Assembly (NCBI GenBank): GCA_965235115.1 | Contig: OZ249436.1 | Span: 44,208,001 to 44,272,000, forward strand | Direction: 5' to 3' | Length of the DNA: 64,000 nt | DNA from: Laetmonice hystrix | Lineage: Eukaryota | Shown here: in pieces, positions 1-12,432 of the stretch | Layout: the number at the start of each line of letters is the position of its first letter | Numbering within the stretch: the first letter of the stretch is position 1 | The notes under the pieces: generated by a model | What the model saw: only the letters and a program-made list of their open reading frames with translations | The model's database searches: none | Told to the model about the DNA's origin: nothing | Program-made: the position numbers and the translations under genes

Positions 1-329
1 TCCTCAATGTATAACATCAAGGCACGGTCTAACGGTTGGATGTACGCAGCTGTTCAGTGTCAACACACTGTCCCAGACCTGGGCGGCTTGCCCCGTTATA
101 GGCAAGTCTGTGTACTCAACAATGAAAAAGGTACTGCATGTACATTCTCTATTCAAAACAAAGTCCTATATAACATACATATTCATAGACGGATGGGGGG
201 GGGGGTCGAACCTCCGACCCCCCCCCCCCCCCCCCGCAACCAACTCCCCCCTCCCAGAAAATTTTACCCATCCCCCTGCCCCCCTCTATTTCCCTGATAT
301 TTTTGAATATAAAACCTCTGAGTACGTAC

Positions 330-3300
330 CTGGAAGTCTCATAGTCCCTCCATTGGCCCAATCTACCACCGTGTGAACGTATCGTAGTGCTAACTTAATC
401 TCTTCCCACGCCCTGGAGTCTCCGGCCACAGCCGCCAATAACGGATCCAGGTCTTCCATTATTCGGCTTAATCTGAAAAAAGGCAATACGTCTAACTTAA
501 TTCAGTGCAATAATGTTGAAGATAATATCAGTAAGAAGTCCGCACACCAGGGTACGATGCAATATTCGTTTTGATACATGGTAAAAGACCTTTAACTGTA
601 GGTCTACAGACACACTGTACGCCTACAGACACACTGTACGCCTACAGACACACTGTACGCCTACAGACACACTGTAAGCCTACAGACACACTAGGCCTAC
701 AGACACACTGTACGCCTACAGACACACTGTACGCCTACAGACACACTGTACGCCTACAGACACACTGTACGCCTACAGACACACTGTACGCCTACAGACA
801 CATTGTACGCCTACAGACACACTGTACGCCTACAGACACACTGTACGCCTACAGACACACTGTACGCCTACAGACACACTGTACGCCTACAGACACACTG
901 TAAGCCTACAGACACACTAGGCCTACAGACATACTGTAGGCCTAAGGTCTAGGCCCGTAGCCCGGCCTTTGATAATCCAGTTGACTCTAACATTTAAGAG
1001 GGAAAGCATGGTTATTTCGATATAATTCATCTTTACAAACGACTGGTAAGTATTGCTGAGATTTCAATATAATTCCTCTTGACAAACGACTGGTAAGTAT
1101 TGCTGAGTGTACGTACGCCGTAACTTGTGCACCCAGTGTGCCATTCAAACTGTTCATGAACCTGGCAACAGACAGCAGCCACGTAGATGTTTTCTTCAAG
1201 TTCTGCAGGCTGTCGTCTGCCATCAGCGCGTTCAGTGACGTCATCCTTGGCAACGTCTCCACCATCAACGCTACGTCCTCGAGAGCAGCCCCCACTTCAT
1301 AGTCACCGGCGAGAGACATGAGGCGAGAACTCTGGCATACAATAATAAACATGAAATGTAAACAACAACACAATCATCTTTGTCCATACAAATTTTAAAA
1401 CATTACAAAGGTCCAGGCAATGGAATATTACTATTCATTATTTAAACCTACGCATTTGGATTTTCTGGGTAGGTGTATGGGTAATCTTTATGAATGAGAG
1501 CTTACAGAGGTAAGATATCAGTATTAACAGCAACACCTCCTGCTTTAGCAATAAATTGTATTTTCTGAGATTATTCTTACAATGCGCAGTATTTTCTGAG
1601 ATTATTCTTACAATGCACAGTATTTTCTGAGATTATACTTACAATGCACAGTATTTTCTGAGATTATTCTTACAATGCACAGTATTTTCTGACAATGCGC
1701 AGTATTTTCTGATATTATACTCACAATACGCAGTTTTTTCTGAGATTATACTTACAATGCGCAGTATTTTCTGAGATTATTCTTACAATGCGTAGTATTT
1801 TCTGAGATTATACTTACAATGCGCAGTATTTTCTGAGATTATACTTACAATGCACAGTATTTTCTGAGATTATTCTTACAATGCACAGTATTTTCTGACA
1901 ATGCGCAGTATTTTCTGAGATTATACTTACAATGCGCAGTATTTTGCCGACATCGATCTGGTTCTGTATCAAGTTGGTGATGTTTGGTATTAGTGTCGTG
2001 TTTACCCGACAGAGGGCGTTCGATACGGTGTGCGGTTGGACCGATGACGGCAAGATTATGAATTGTCCGAGTTGTTCTGGGGTGCACACGATCTCACGGA
2101 GGTCAACGAACCCCGTCAGGTCATATAGCTGTCAGGGAGGAAAACAGATATTCAACTGAGTGTCCGAAATACATCATGGGCGTCTGGGGACTCTTTGGTT
2201 AAAGGCGGCCCAAGGGTTGTTTTGTCCGAAATTCCTGTTCATTTTCTTTTCTTTTTTCTTTGACCGAATTTCCCCCACTGTTTTGCCCGAACTTTTTTTT
2301 TTTTTGGGGGGGGGGGGGGCTGCCCCCTGCCCCCCGGCTCGTACACCTGTGGGCATATTTCTATGTAACCATGGATCTAGTGACACTATTGGAATGGGCT
2401 GGATGATTGTAAAGGACTTACCGCATACATGTTGATATGAGACTGCAGGAGGGCGTCCGTTATGTCCTCAGGTAAGGCTCCTGTCTCCTTGCCCAGGTAA
2501 GTCGTCATGTAGTCCTCATTCCGAAACAGATTGCCAACTCGTAAATCAAACTCTATAAGAATATGACACAGGCCTTTTTCAACAACAGAATGTGTGGGAG
2601 GACGAGAAATCTTTGTTGAACTACTCACATTACATTTTAAGACAGAGATTGGTGTGCAGTTATCATTAAAGCCGTGTCGAGGGATTCTGAGGGAGGCAGA
2701 GGACAAGTAGATAGTATCTTACAGAAAACAGATGCTGCGTGCTTTGTGCACTTCAATGATTCCTTTTGAGAGTAAACTGAACGTGAAGATTAAGAAGAAT
2801 ATAATGACAAGTGCCCGTTCGTAAGCGAAGTCTCTCTGTAATCTAGTCACCAACAGCTTTTTAACCGACTGATTAGACCTCATAACATCAATCCCAAAAG
2901 TCTTCCTGAGGGGTTCTTCCTTTTTCTCTTGTTTTTGGGGTTTGGTTCTTTTTTTTTTTGTTATCAAATGTTCCATGTTCATGAGATTGCAATGAATTAG
3001 CCTACCAAATTGGAAGAAACTGTCGATATGACCTGCAGATATATGTAGATGTACCCTATTTATTGGTCCCTCATACAGATATACCCTACCCTATTTATTG
3101 GTCTAATTGACTGAAAGGCAACTGCCTAATTGTTCGGAAACACGTGTGAAATTTGTGTTTGTGTTTGAGCATGCGGCACACAGGGAGGTGAACACGATCG
3201 ACTGTGTAGGCCTAAAGACTCTATGATTAAAAAATGAGTGTCCATATACTTAACCTTGAATATCTATTTTAAAAAAAGAAGTAAAGTATAAATGTCTGTC

Positions 3301-6300
3301 CATGTATTTTACATTCCTTTTCAACCTTCTTCTAGTAGCTCATTAGAGCTGTCGATAATACATATCCGTAGCCTATATGTACGTTCTGGTCTGAACCAAA
3401 ATGTTCAAATATTAATCAACGCTTAGGTCGGAATTATATTTTTAAAACGTTTTAAAACGCGCAGAAATTTAGGTTTTACACCAGCAGTGAATACACTGGT
3501 CAAACGTTATTAAATCGGAGAATAAACAATTATAATTTTATCGGCCTAGATGAAACTGGTTAATTCATATTAGTGTCACGTTACTGAATGCAATGGACGC
3601 TGAGAAGGAACGCTAGGACAAACATTACTTACGAATGAGCTCGATTACTTCCGGGTTATCCAGAGTTTTCTGTAAGGAGGCGAGAATACTGCTCGTCCTC
3701 GGGAGGTCATTGAGAAGCGCTTCCGTCATGTTCGGATTGTCCATCAGAGGTCGTAACGAATCTAGCACTTTGGTAAATCTGAAAAATAGAAGTAACTGTT
3801 TAAAAAAAACATGGAGTTCCATTGAGTTGAGTGTGATCGGTATGCGGACGCCAGACTTTATAATAGTTAGGCCTATATAGAGTTATAAATGTTCCGGTGG
3901 GAGCTTTCCTAACGTCCTGTTGTTGGGTGGCTATAGGTGGTCACAGAAATAGTACGTCCTGTTATTGGGTGGCTATAGGTGGTCACAGAAATGCTAAGTC
4001 CTGTTGTTGGGTGGCTATAGGTGGTCACAGAAATAGTACGTCCTGTTATTGGGTGGCTATAGGTGGTCACAGAACTGGTAAGTCCTGTTGTTGGGTGGCT
4101 ATAGGTGGTCACAGAAATAGTAAGTCCTGTTGTTGGGTGGCTATAGGTGGTCACAGAAATGGTAAGTCCTGTTGTTGGGTGGCTATAGGTGGTCACAGAA
4201 ATAGTAAGACCTGTTGTTGGGTGGCTATAGGTGGTCACAGGAATAGTAAGTCCTGTTGTTGGGTGGCTATAGGTGGTCACAGAAATAGTAAGTCCTGTTG
4301 TTGGGTGGCTATAGGTGGTTACAGAAATAGTAAGTCCTGTTGTTGGGTGGCTATAGGTGGTCACAGAAATAGTAAGTCCTGTTGTTGGGTGGCTATAGGT
4401 GGTCACAGAAATAGTAAGACCTGTTGTTGGGTGGCTATAGGTGGTCACAGGAATAGTAAGTCCTGTTGTTGGGTGGCTATAGGTGGTCACAGAAATAGTA
4501 AGTCCTGTTGTTGGGTGGCTATAGGTGGTTACAGAAATAGTAAGTCCTGTTGTTGGGTGGCTATAGGTGGTCACAGAAATAGTAAGTCCTGTTGTTGGGT
4601 GGCTATAGGTGGTCACAGAAATAGTAAGTCCTGTTATTGGGTGGCTATAGGTGGTCACAGAAATAGTAAGTCCTGTTGTTGGGTGGCTATAGGTGGTCAC
4701 AGGAATAGTAAGTCCTGTTGTTGGGTGGCTATAGGTGGTCGCAGAAATAGTAAGTCCTGTTGTTGGGTGGCTATAGGTGGTCACAGAACATTTCCCACTT
4801 TTGTAGTGTATAACTCGGTTTTGTCCCTATAATGTCAAACGTCTAAACTTTATACGCTAAACAATATTTCCTCATTCAGAACGAAAGAAAAGTACAAAAT
4901 ATTATTAGATAAGATAAGATATTAGATAAGATAATATATTAGATAAGATAATATATTAGATAAGATAAGATATTAGATAAGATAATATATTAGATAAGAT
5001 AATATATTAGATAAGATAATATATTAGATAAGATAATATATTAGATAAGATAAGATATTAGATAAGATAATATATTAGATAAGATAAGATATTAGATAAG
5101 GATAGCGAAGGCATATCTGGGCTATAGACCTTTTTCTTGAGGCCTACTTGTGGCAACTGAGGCGATTCGAAGGCACGGTGAATTTCTCGCTACAAAAACC
5201 AGACCACTACCAAAACACTCTCCAATACCAATACATATTTACATATATAGGGCCTACAGGATAAAAAAAGACTTTACGTGTTTACTTACCTTGTGGCGGC
5301 AGTCTCGTAGTCTGGCTGGGTCCCCTTACACCCATTGTTGAGGTTACATACGAAACTCTGTAGAAATTTAACGACACCAGCGTTTGGCATATACCGCTGG
5401 TAAAAATGGCCTGAAATAGATCGCAGTGATATTTTACTCAATCATATTCAAATATGCTCAACTGAGTTCCTTAAAAAGGGTATTTACTTAATTATAGTAT
5501 TAGAGTGAACTATCGGGTCCACCCAGTGGGATAGCATCACAATCAGGGTCGTGTCTAGTGGGAAGGCCTACTTCCTCATCTCTATACAATCAGGTACCAG
5601 TGCATGGCAGATCCAGGGAAGGGGAGGGGGGGACGTTACCGGGGGCGTAGAAAAAGGGGGGCCAGGGGTGGACTCATTTGCCCCCCCCCCCACTTTTCAT
5701 GGCCTTCCTACTCTCCTGTGTAGTGGGTTCAAATACATCCCGAAGTTAAATATAGCTCTTGGTATCAAATCTATTACAGGTGATTAAACCCCGTCACATC
5801 TTTCACTCTAGATTATAACCTGACCTATATCTGCCATTAATGGATTCAGCCTACTTCATGACATCATTACTTACACGTGGGCATTAACCTGACCTACATT
5901 AATGTATTCAGCCTACGTTATGACGTCATTACTTACACGTGGGCATTAACCTGACCTACATTAATGTATTCAGCCTACGTTATGACGTCATTACTTACAC
6001 GTGGGCATTAACCTGACCTACATTAATGTATTCAGCCTACGTTATGACTTTATTACTTACACGTGGGCATTAACCTGACCTACATTAATGTATTCAGCCT
6101 ACGTTATGACGTCATTACTTACACGTGGGCATTAACCTGACCTACATTAATGTATTCAGCCTACGTTATGACGTCATTACTTACACGTGGGCATTAACCT
6201 GACCTACATTAATGTATTCAGCCTACGTTATGACGTCATTACTTACACGTGGGCATTAACCTGACCTATATGACATTAATGTATTCAGCCTACGTTATGA

Positions 6301-8213
6301 CGTCATTACTTACACGTGGGCATTAACCTGACCTATATCTGCCATTAATGGATTCAGCCTACGTTATGACGTCATTACTTACACGTGGGCATTAACCTGA
6401 CCTACATTAATGTATTCAGCCTACGTTATGACGTCATTACTTACACGTGGGCATTAACCTGACCTACATTAATGTATTCAGCCTACGTTATGACGTCATT
6501 ACTTACACGTGGGCATTAACCTGACCTACATTACTGTATTCAGCCTACGTTATGACGTCATTACTTACACGTGGGCATTAACCTGACCTATATCTGCCAT
6601 TAATGTATTCAGCCTACGTTATGACGTCATTACTTACACGTGGGCATTAACCTGACCTATATCTGCAATTAATGTATTCAGCCTACGTTATGACGTCATC
6701 ACTTACACGTGGGCATTAACCTGAGCTATATGACATTAATGTATTCAGCCCACGTTATGACGTCATTAGCCTACTTACACGTGGGCATTAACCTGACCTA
6801 TATGACATTAATGTAGCCTACGTTATGACTTGATCACTTACACGTGGGCATTAACCTGACTTATATGACATTAATGTAGCCTACGTTATGACTTGATCAC
6901 TTACACGTGGGCTGTAGTTGTGGTAAGGACACCAGCCGGACCATAGCGATAACCAGGAAGATGGCGATCGGCCAGAGGAACTCAAACGCGAAGAGCACCT
7001 GAGTGGAACCAAGGACAAGACTGACACATAAACCACACATAAAACACACCATGTGATGGGTATAAATACTGATCGCTAGGAGGGGAAGCTTTGCTCGAAT
7101 TATTAGTCGAAAACTCCTTAAACTTGGATCTTCTTCTTCCTCTTCCTCTTCCTCTTCCTCCCCTTCCTCCCCTTCTTCTTCTTCTTCTTCTTCTTCTTCT
7201 TCTTCTTCTTCTTCTTCTTCTTCTTCTTCTTCCTCCTCCTTCTTTTTCTCTCGCGGACGACGATGCCGAGGCCTACTGCTATTTCTACAGTATGTCCTAA
7301 AAAATGATAGTCTGTGTTCCATTGTCAAAAGGAGATAGGGCCTACTGGTTGTGATCAGTAATGCGTGACTGTGTCAACACCAAACTTGCTGAGAGTTATC
7401 TTGGCGGGTCAAACTTTATGTTCAACTTCAACTTTAAAATTCAACAATCCTCTAAAATATCTAAGTGTATTGCACACCTAAAGTTAGACTATCATTTTTT
7501 TTTGGGGGGGGGGGGGCGGGGGGCATACTGTATAGGCCCTATATACTAGGGACCGTATACCAGCACATGCCAATTACTGCTCTAGTTAGTAGTAGGAGTA
7601 TACAATAACATTGACAGAAAACATACCAACTACATGGGCTTCACAAACGCCAGTTTGACATAACCAGTTACAAAGGTTAGATTTGATTGTTTTTAAATAC
7701 CCTTAGAGAAACACTTAACCCTAAACCTAACCTCCAATTTCCCCTAGAAATGTTGCAATGGTGTACCAGGGTTATACGAACAAACTGAATCTGATTTATA
7801 AACGAGACTTCATGAATATAATACGTTCAACTCGACGGAGTTGGTAGATTTCAGTCATTGGGAGTGGTGTTATTCTTGGTATAGCTGGGCTAGCTTTTCA
7901 GTTCTGGTTGACTGGAGCCACAGCTAGGGTTCAGCATTGAGTCTTGGGGTGCCAATGTAAGGAGGTCATTATATATAGACCTACTGTATGTCTATTTAGA
8001 ACCACCTATATATAACAGTTTAGCTATGAGTTATAACCGATTTCTACAACGTGCGACTTATGGTCACATGTTTCGTTTATTTACAAGGTAAGAAAGGTGT
8101 ACGGTACTAACACTGAGACCGAAACTCTGTGATATAAATTTACTCACCGGTTTTCGTTTCTTCCTCAGGATATTCTTCCACAGGAGCAGTCTCAGTTGTT
8201 TAAATCCCCCCAT
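330..8213 (-). CDS. ABCA-subfamily ABC transporter (ABCA1/2/4/7/12-like), 5' part; coding exons complement(8148..8213, 6905..6998, 5290..5410, 3633..3778, 2422..2552, 1931..2128, 1117..1331, 330..472); continues beyond the left edge (possible next exon <1..49)
   Basis: Manual splicing gives MGGFKQLRLLLWKNILRKKRKP|VLFAFEFLWPIAIFLVIAMVRLVSLPQLQPTC|HFYQRYMPNAGVVKFLQSFVCNLNNGC..., matching the ABCA N-terminus (QLxLLLWKN, TM1 ExxWP, CHF..MP.AG...Q...CN). All introns are GT-AG and phases agree across 8 exons. Paralog not assignable. Confidence 0.9.
591..945. repeat. 19-bp minisatellite (gcctacagacacactgtac)n in ABCA intron
   Basis: Directly visible tandem units. Confidence 0.95.
1556..1945. repeat. 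~31-bp minisatellite (cagtattttctgagattatwcttacaatgcr) overlapping the donor of ABCA exon 1931..2128
   Basis: Tandem units; the minus strand reads GCATT|GTAAG in most units. Confidence 0.9.
3911..4787. repeat. 42-bp minisatellite (aagtcctgttgttgggtggctataggtggtcacagaaatagt)n
   Basis: About 21 near-identical units; explains spurious ORFs 3897..4832 and 3909..4784. Confidence 0.95.
4900..5100. repeat. AT-rich ~16-bp tandem repeat (atattagataagataa)
   Basis: Directly visible. Confidence 0.9.
5815..6912. repeat. ~62-bp minisatellite containing copies of the ABCA exon 6905..6998 splice donor, plus TGACGTCA and CACGTG
   Basis: About 17 units of acttacacgtgggcattaacctgacctacattaatgtattcagcctacgttatgacgtcatt. 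Confidence 0.95.
7128..7241. repeat. (TTC/TCC)n microsatellite
   Basis: Directly visible. Confidence 0.95.
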
Positions 8214-8554
8214 GCTGCTCTTGTAGACTGACCGGCGCTAGAAGCTAATCTTGTCAGAACGCTACTTCAGATCATCCTTGTATAATCCTGAATCCAAGAG
8301 AAACACGTGTGTGTATAGTGGGATAGGTCAGTGTATATGTTTACGTTCAGGTTGCCTTCCCCCCAGTATGCCACTATGTGACCACCATGCGTGCCAGTGG
8401 CGCTACTGCGTTATGCTTGACCGATTACACAAGGTTAACCCTATGTTATTAACCAGTAGAAGCGTCAGTAGGTGGCGCCACACAATAGTTGTAGTTGGGC
8501 AATCGGGTTGAGTCAATCAAAGAGATATAATGGTCCGCGGACCGTCCACCTTAA

Positions 8555-8617
8555 CCCTCAAGCGACCATTTGACACACACTAATGACCGGAAATTACCCC
8601 ACCCGGTCGCTTGAGGG
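8555..8617. mobile_element. 63-bp piggyBac-like mini-MITE
   Basis: TTAA|ccctcaagcgacc ... ggtcgcttgaggg|TTAA: 13-bp perfect TIR, TTAA on both sides. Confidence 0.7.
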
Positions 8618-8802
8618 TTAAAGAGGATACAAGTTTCCATAATCAAGGTCATTATAAATGCCATATTAGGAAGGGCGCTCCGAGGTATAGTTCTCTGTTC
8701 GGTAACCTCTCACTGTTAAAGGATTAAATGATTGTAATAAAATATCTAATTATCCAACAACTGCTGTTGGAGGACAACTACTGAGAGGCTACAATGGCTA
8801 TA

Positions 8803-9195
8803 CAGGGTGGCCCAAAAAAACGCCCGAGCATACTTAGGCTATCTTATTCCCCAAACTGTTGGTATGTATGGATGGGGAATCTTCTTAGGAGGAGAATGAC
8901 ACCTTGATCAATTGATTCGGTTGAGTAGTTTTGAGTGTAGAGCCTTTTATGCAAAGCAAGGTCCAGGGGTTCATTGTTGGACTAACCTGTTGTTTGTCAC
9001 CTGAAGCAAATTTCATCATGACCTTGCTTCACAAAAATGGCTCCAACACCATAACCACTCATCCGTTTAGGGTGCTCTTTGTGTCATTCTTCTTCTAAGA
9101 AGATTCCCCATCCATACATACCAATAGTTTGGGGCATAAGATAGCCTAAGTATGCTCGGGCGTTTTTGTTTTTTTTTTGGGGGGGGGGCACCCTG
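8803..9195. mobile_element. Tc1/mariner-type MITE
   Basis: TA|cagggtg...caccctg|TA with long inverted arms (cgcccgagcatacttaggctatctt / aagatagcctaagtatgctcgggcg). Confidence 0.8.
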
Positions 9196-9435
9196 TATAT
9201 AACTCTATTTACTCGGGGTTGAACTATTAGCTGATTAACGTTAATAACTCCCCACTATTGTATATTTGTATGGAGGTACCCGTCATATTGTGACCGTACG
9301 ACTCTGCTCTTAATGAGATAAAAAAAAACAAAGGAACCTCTAGACTATCGGCCTACTCAGATCAGGTTTAAGGATGGACCCTGATAGTCATTTTTATTCA
9401 GCTCTATAATATGTTACAAGCCATTGCTCAATCTG

Positions 9436-11215
9436 GCCCATGGCCTGACCCACCGGGCATCGACCAACGGGTTGCCCATGTATCGGCCGATGGCCTGACC
9501 CACCGGGCATCGACCAACGGGTTGTCCATGTATCGGCCCATGGCCTGACCCACCGGGCATCGACCAACGGGTTGCCCATGTATCGGCCCATGGCCTGACC
9601 CACCGGGCATCGACCGACGGGTTGTCCATGTATCGGCCGATGGCCTGACCCACCGGGCATCGACCAACGGGTTGTGGGACCCATGTATCGGCCCATGGCC
9701 TGACCCACCGGGCATCGACCGTCGGGTTGCCCATGTATCGGCCCATGGCCTGACCCACCGGGCATCGACCAACATGTTGTCCATCGGCCCATGGCCTGAC
9801 CCACCGGGCATCGACCAACGGGTTGTCCATGTATCGGTCGATGGCCTGACCCACCGGGCATCGACCAACGGGTTGTCCATGTATCGGCCGATAGCCTGAC
9901 CCACCGGGCATCGACCAACGGGTTGTCCATGTATCGGCCGATGGCCTGACCCACCGGGCATCAACCGTCGGGTTGTCCATGTATCGGCCTATGGCCTGAC
10001 CCACCGGGCATCGACCAACGGGTTGCCCATGTATCGGTCGATGGCCTGACCCACCGGGCATCGACCGTCGGGTTGCCCATGTATCGGCCCATGGCCTGAC
10101 CCACCGGGCATCGACCAACATGTTGTCCATCGGCCCATGGCCTGACCCACCGGGCATCGACCAACGGGTTGTCCATGTATCGGTCGATGGCCTGACCCAC
10201 CGGGCATCGACCATCGGGTTGCCCATGTATCGGCCGATGGCCTGACCCACCGGGCATCGACCGTCGGGTTGTCCATGTATCGGCCCATGGCCTGACCCAC
10301 CGGGCATCGACCAACGGGTTGTCCATGTATCGGCCCATGGCCTGACCCACCGGGCATCGACCAACGGGTTGTCCATCGGCCCATGGCCTGACCCACCGGG
10401 CATCGACCAACGGGTTGCCCATCGGCCCATGGCCTGACCCACCGGGCATCGACCGACGGGTTGTCCATGTATCGGCCGATGGCCTGACCCACCGGGCATC
10501 GACCAACGGGTTGTCCATGTATCGGCCCATGGCCTGACCCACCGGGCATCGACCAACGGGTTGTCCATGTATCGGCCCATGGCCTGACCCACCGGGCATC
10601 GACCGTCGGGTTGCCCATCGGCCCATGGCCTGACCCACCGGGCATCGACCGTCGGGTTGCCCATGTATCAGCCCATGGCCTGACCCACCGGGCATCGACC
10701 AACGGGTTGCCCATCGGCCCATGGCCTGACCCACCGGGCATCGACCAACGGGTTGTCCATGTATCGGCCGATGGCCTGACCCACCGGGCATCGACCGACG
10801 GGTTGCCCATCGGCCCATAGCCTGACCCACCGGGCATCGACCAACGGGTTGTCCATGTATCGGCCCATGGCCTGACCCACCGGGCATCGACCAACGGGTT
10901 GCCCATCGGCCCATGGCCTGACCCACCGGGCATCGACCGTCGGGTTGCCCATGTATCAGCCCATGGCCTGACCCACCGGGCATCGACCAACGGGTTGTCC
11001 ATGTATCGGCCCATGGCCTGACCCACCGGGCATCGACCGTCGGGTTGCCCATGTATCGGCCCATGGCCTGACCCACCGGGCATCGACCAACGGGTTGTCC
11101 ATGTATCGGCCGATGGCCTGACCAACCGGGCATCGACCAACGGGTTGTCCATGTATCGGCCCATGGCCTGAACCACCGGGCATCGACCAACGGGTTGCCC
11201 ATCGGCCTATGGCCC
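9436..11215. repeat. GC-rich 50/46-bp minisatellite (tggcctgacccaccgggcatcgaccaacgggttgtccatgtatcggccca)n
   Basis: About 36 units; explains the many overlapping repetitive ORFs at 9394-11330. Confidence 0.95.
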
Positions 11216-11317
11216 AAACCCGTGGAATCACTGTCATATCTCTACGGTTTGCGAGGTCCGAGGCCACAACTAGCGAAGCGACCGGAAGTTGGGCCGAGGT
11301 TTTCCGAATGAGATCTA

Positions 11318-11909
11318 TAGAGTGAGTCAAAAAAACTAGACACTTTTTAAAAGGCCCACTGTTTTATTGTGTACCAATATATACAATATATTTTTGCTTG
11401 TACTTATGCAGCAACCCTTCCTGCATCTTTTGGTACCAGTCATGCTTGATTGCTTTTCATGCATGACCGCACAGGAGACAATTAAGGGACAAGGGTGAAA
11501 TCTGACCTGCGCCAACTGATCAGAGCTGGATATGAACAAAAATCAACGAAGGCTCTTTGCTGAGGAGTGAATTGTGGACGCACCATACTGCTGCAGTGCC
11601 AAGAAGGCCTAATGAGGCCTATGAGCAAGTGTGTGTGATTTGAATTAACTGATTAAACCAGGGGCATGAAAATTACTTGGCTATCCATTTCATATCCAGC
11701 TCTGATCAGTTGGCGCAGGTCAGATTTCACCCGTGTCCCTTAATTGTCTCCTGTGCGGTCACGCATGAAAAACCAATCAAGCATGACTGGTACCAAAAGA
11801 TGCAGGAAGAGTTGCTGCATAAGTACAAGCAAAAATATATTGTATATATTGGTACACAATAAAACAATGGGCCTTTTAAAAAGGGTCTAGTTTTTTTAGA
11901 CTCACCCTG
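11318..11909. mobile_element. Tc1/mariner-type MITE with ~220-bp inverted arms
   Basis: gtgagtcaaaaaaactagacactttttaaaaggccca... mirrored by ...tgggccttttaaaaagggtctagtttttttagactcaccctg|TA. Confidence 0.8.
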
Positions 11910-12432
11910 TATATTAGATTCAAACTCCCTATTCGTATATCGCTCCGGGATACCGCATTGACAGCTAGACCGGCCTATCCCTGCTCCCACAGCGTCTATT
12001 GTTTGCTGGAAAAGAAATATTGTTTTCGCGGATTTTATTGCTGTCAAACAAAAGCCTCTGACGACATTAAATCATGGCATATAGAAGCCACCGTAGAAAG
12101 TTCTTCGATGGGCCTACCAAGGCTAAATGACCGGAACCGAGGCTGCCACGCCGCATTTCTCGCGGAATCGCGCATTGTAACGTGACTGCTCCACACCGGC
12201 TTAACGACGGCACAATGTAGGCCTATAGCCCGTGAATTTATGATAAAGTCTGCTCCATGCAGATTGCATTTTTCATTCCTTCAGGCATGTAATATGTCTA
12301 TGCCTAAACTATATATTATATTATTTTATGGCTGCCGCACTTTCCCTGTCCTGATTGGCCAGTTCCCTGTCACGTGATCACAGATAAAAACTAATATTGC
12401 ACGGAAAAAGTAATATTGACCAGTCAATATTA

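Noticed and set aside
3897..4832. 311-aa and 291-aa ORFs with 14-aa repeats (mucin-like on the minus strand)
   Set aside because: Products of a 42-bp minisatellite; the flanking ABCA exons join in phase without it and no convincing splice sites bound it.
6999..7328. Poly-Glu N-terminal extension of ORF 6897..7328
   Set aside because: Intronic GAA microsatellite; only 6905..6998 is a real ABCA exon.
9394..11330. Multiple 180-420-aa ORFs / CRISPR-like regularity
   Set aside because: Pure tandem minisatellite without unique spacers; open frames come from a stop-poor GC-rich unit; eukaryotic context with no cas genes.
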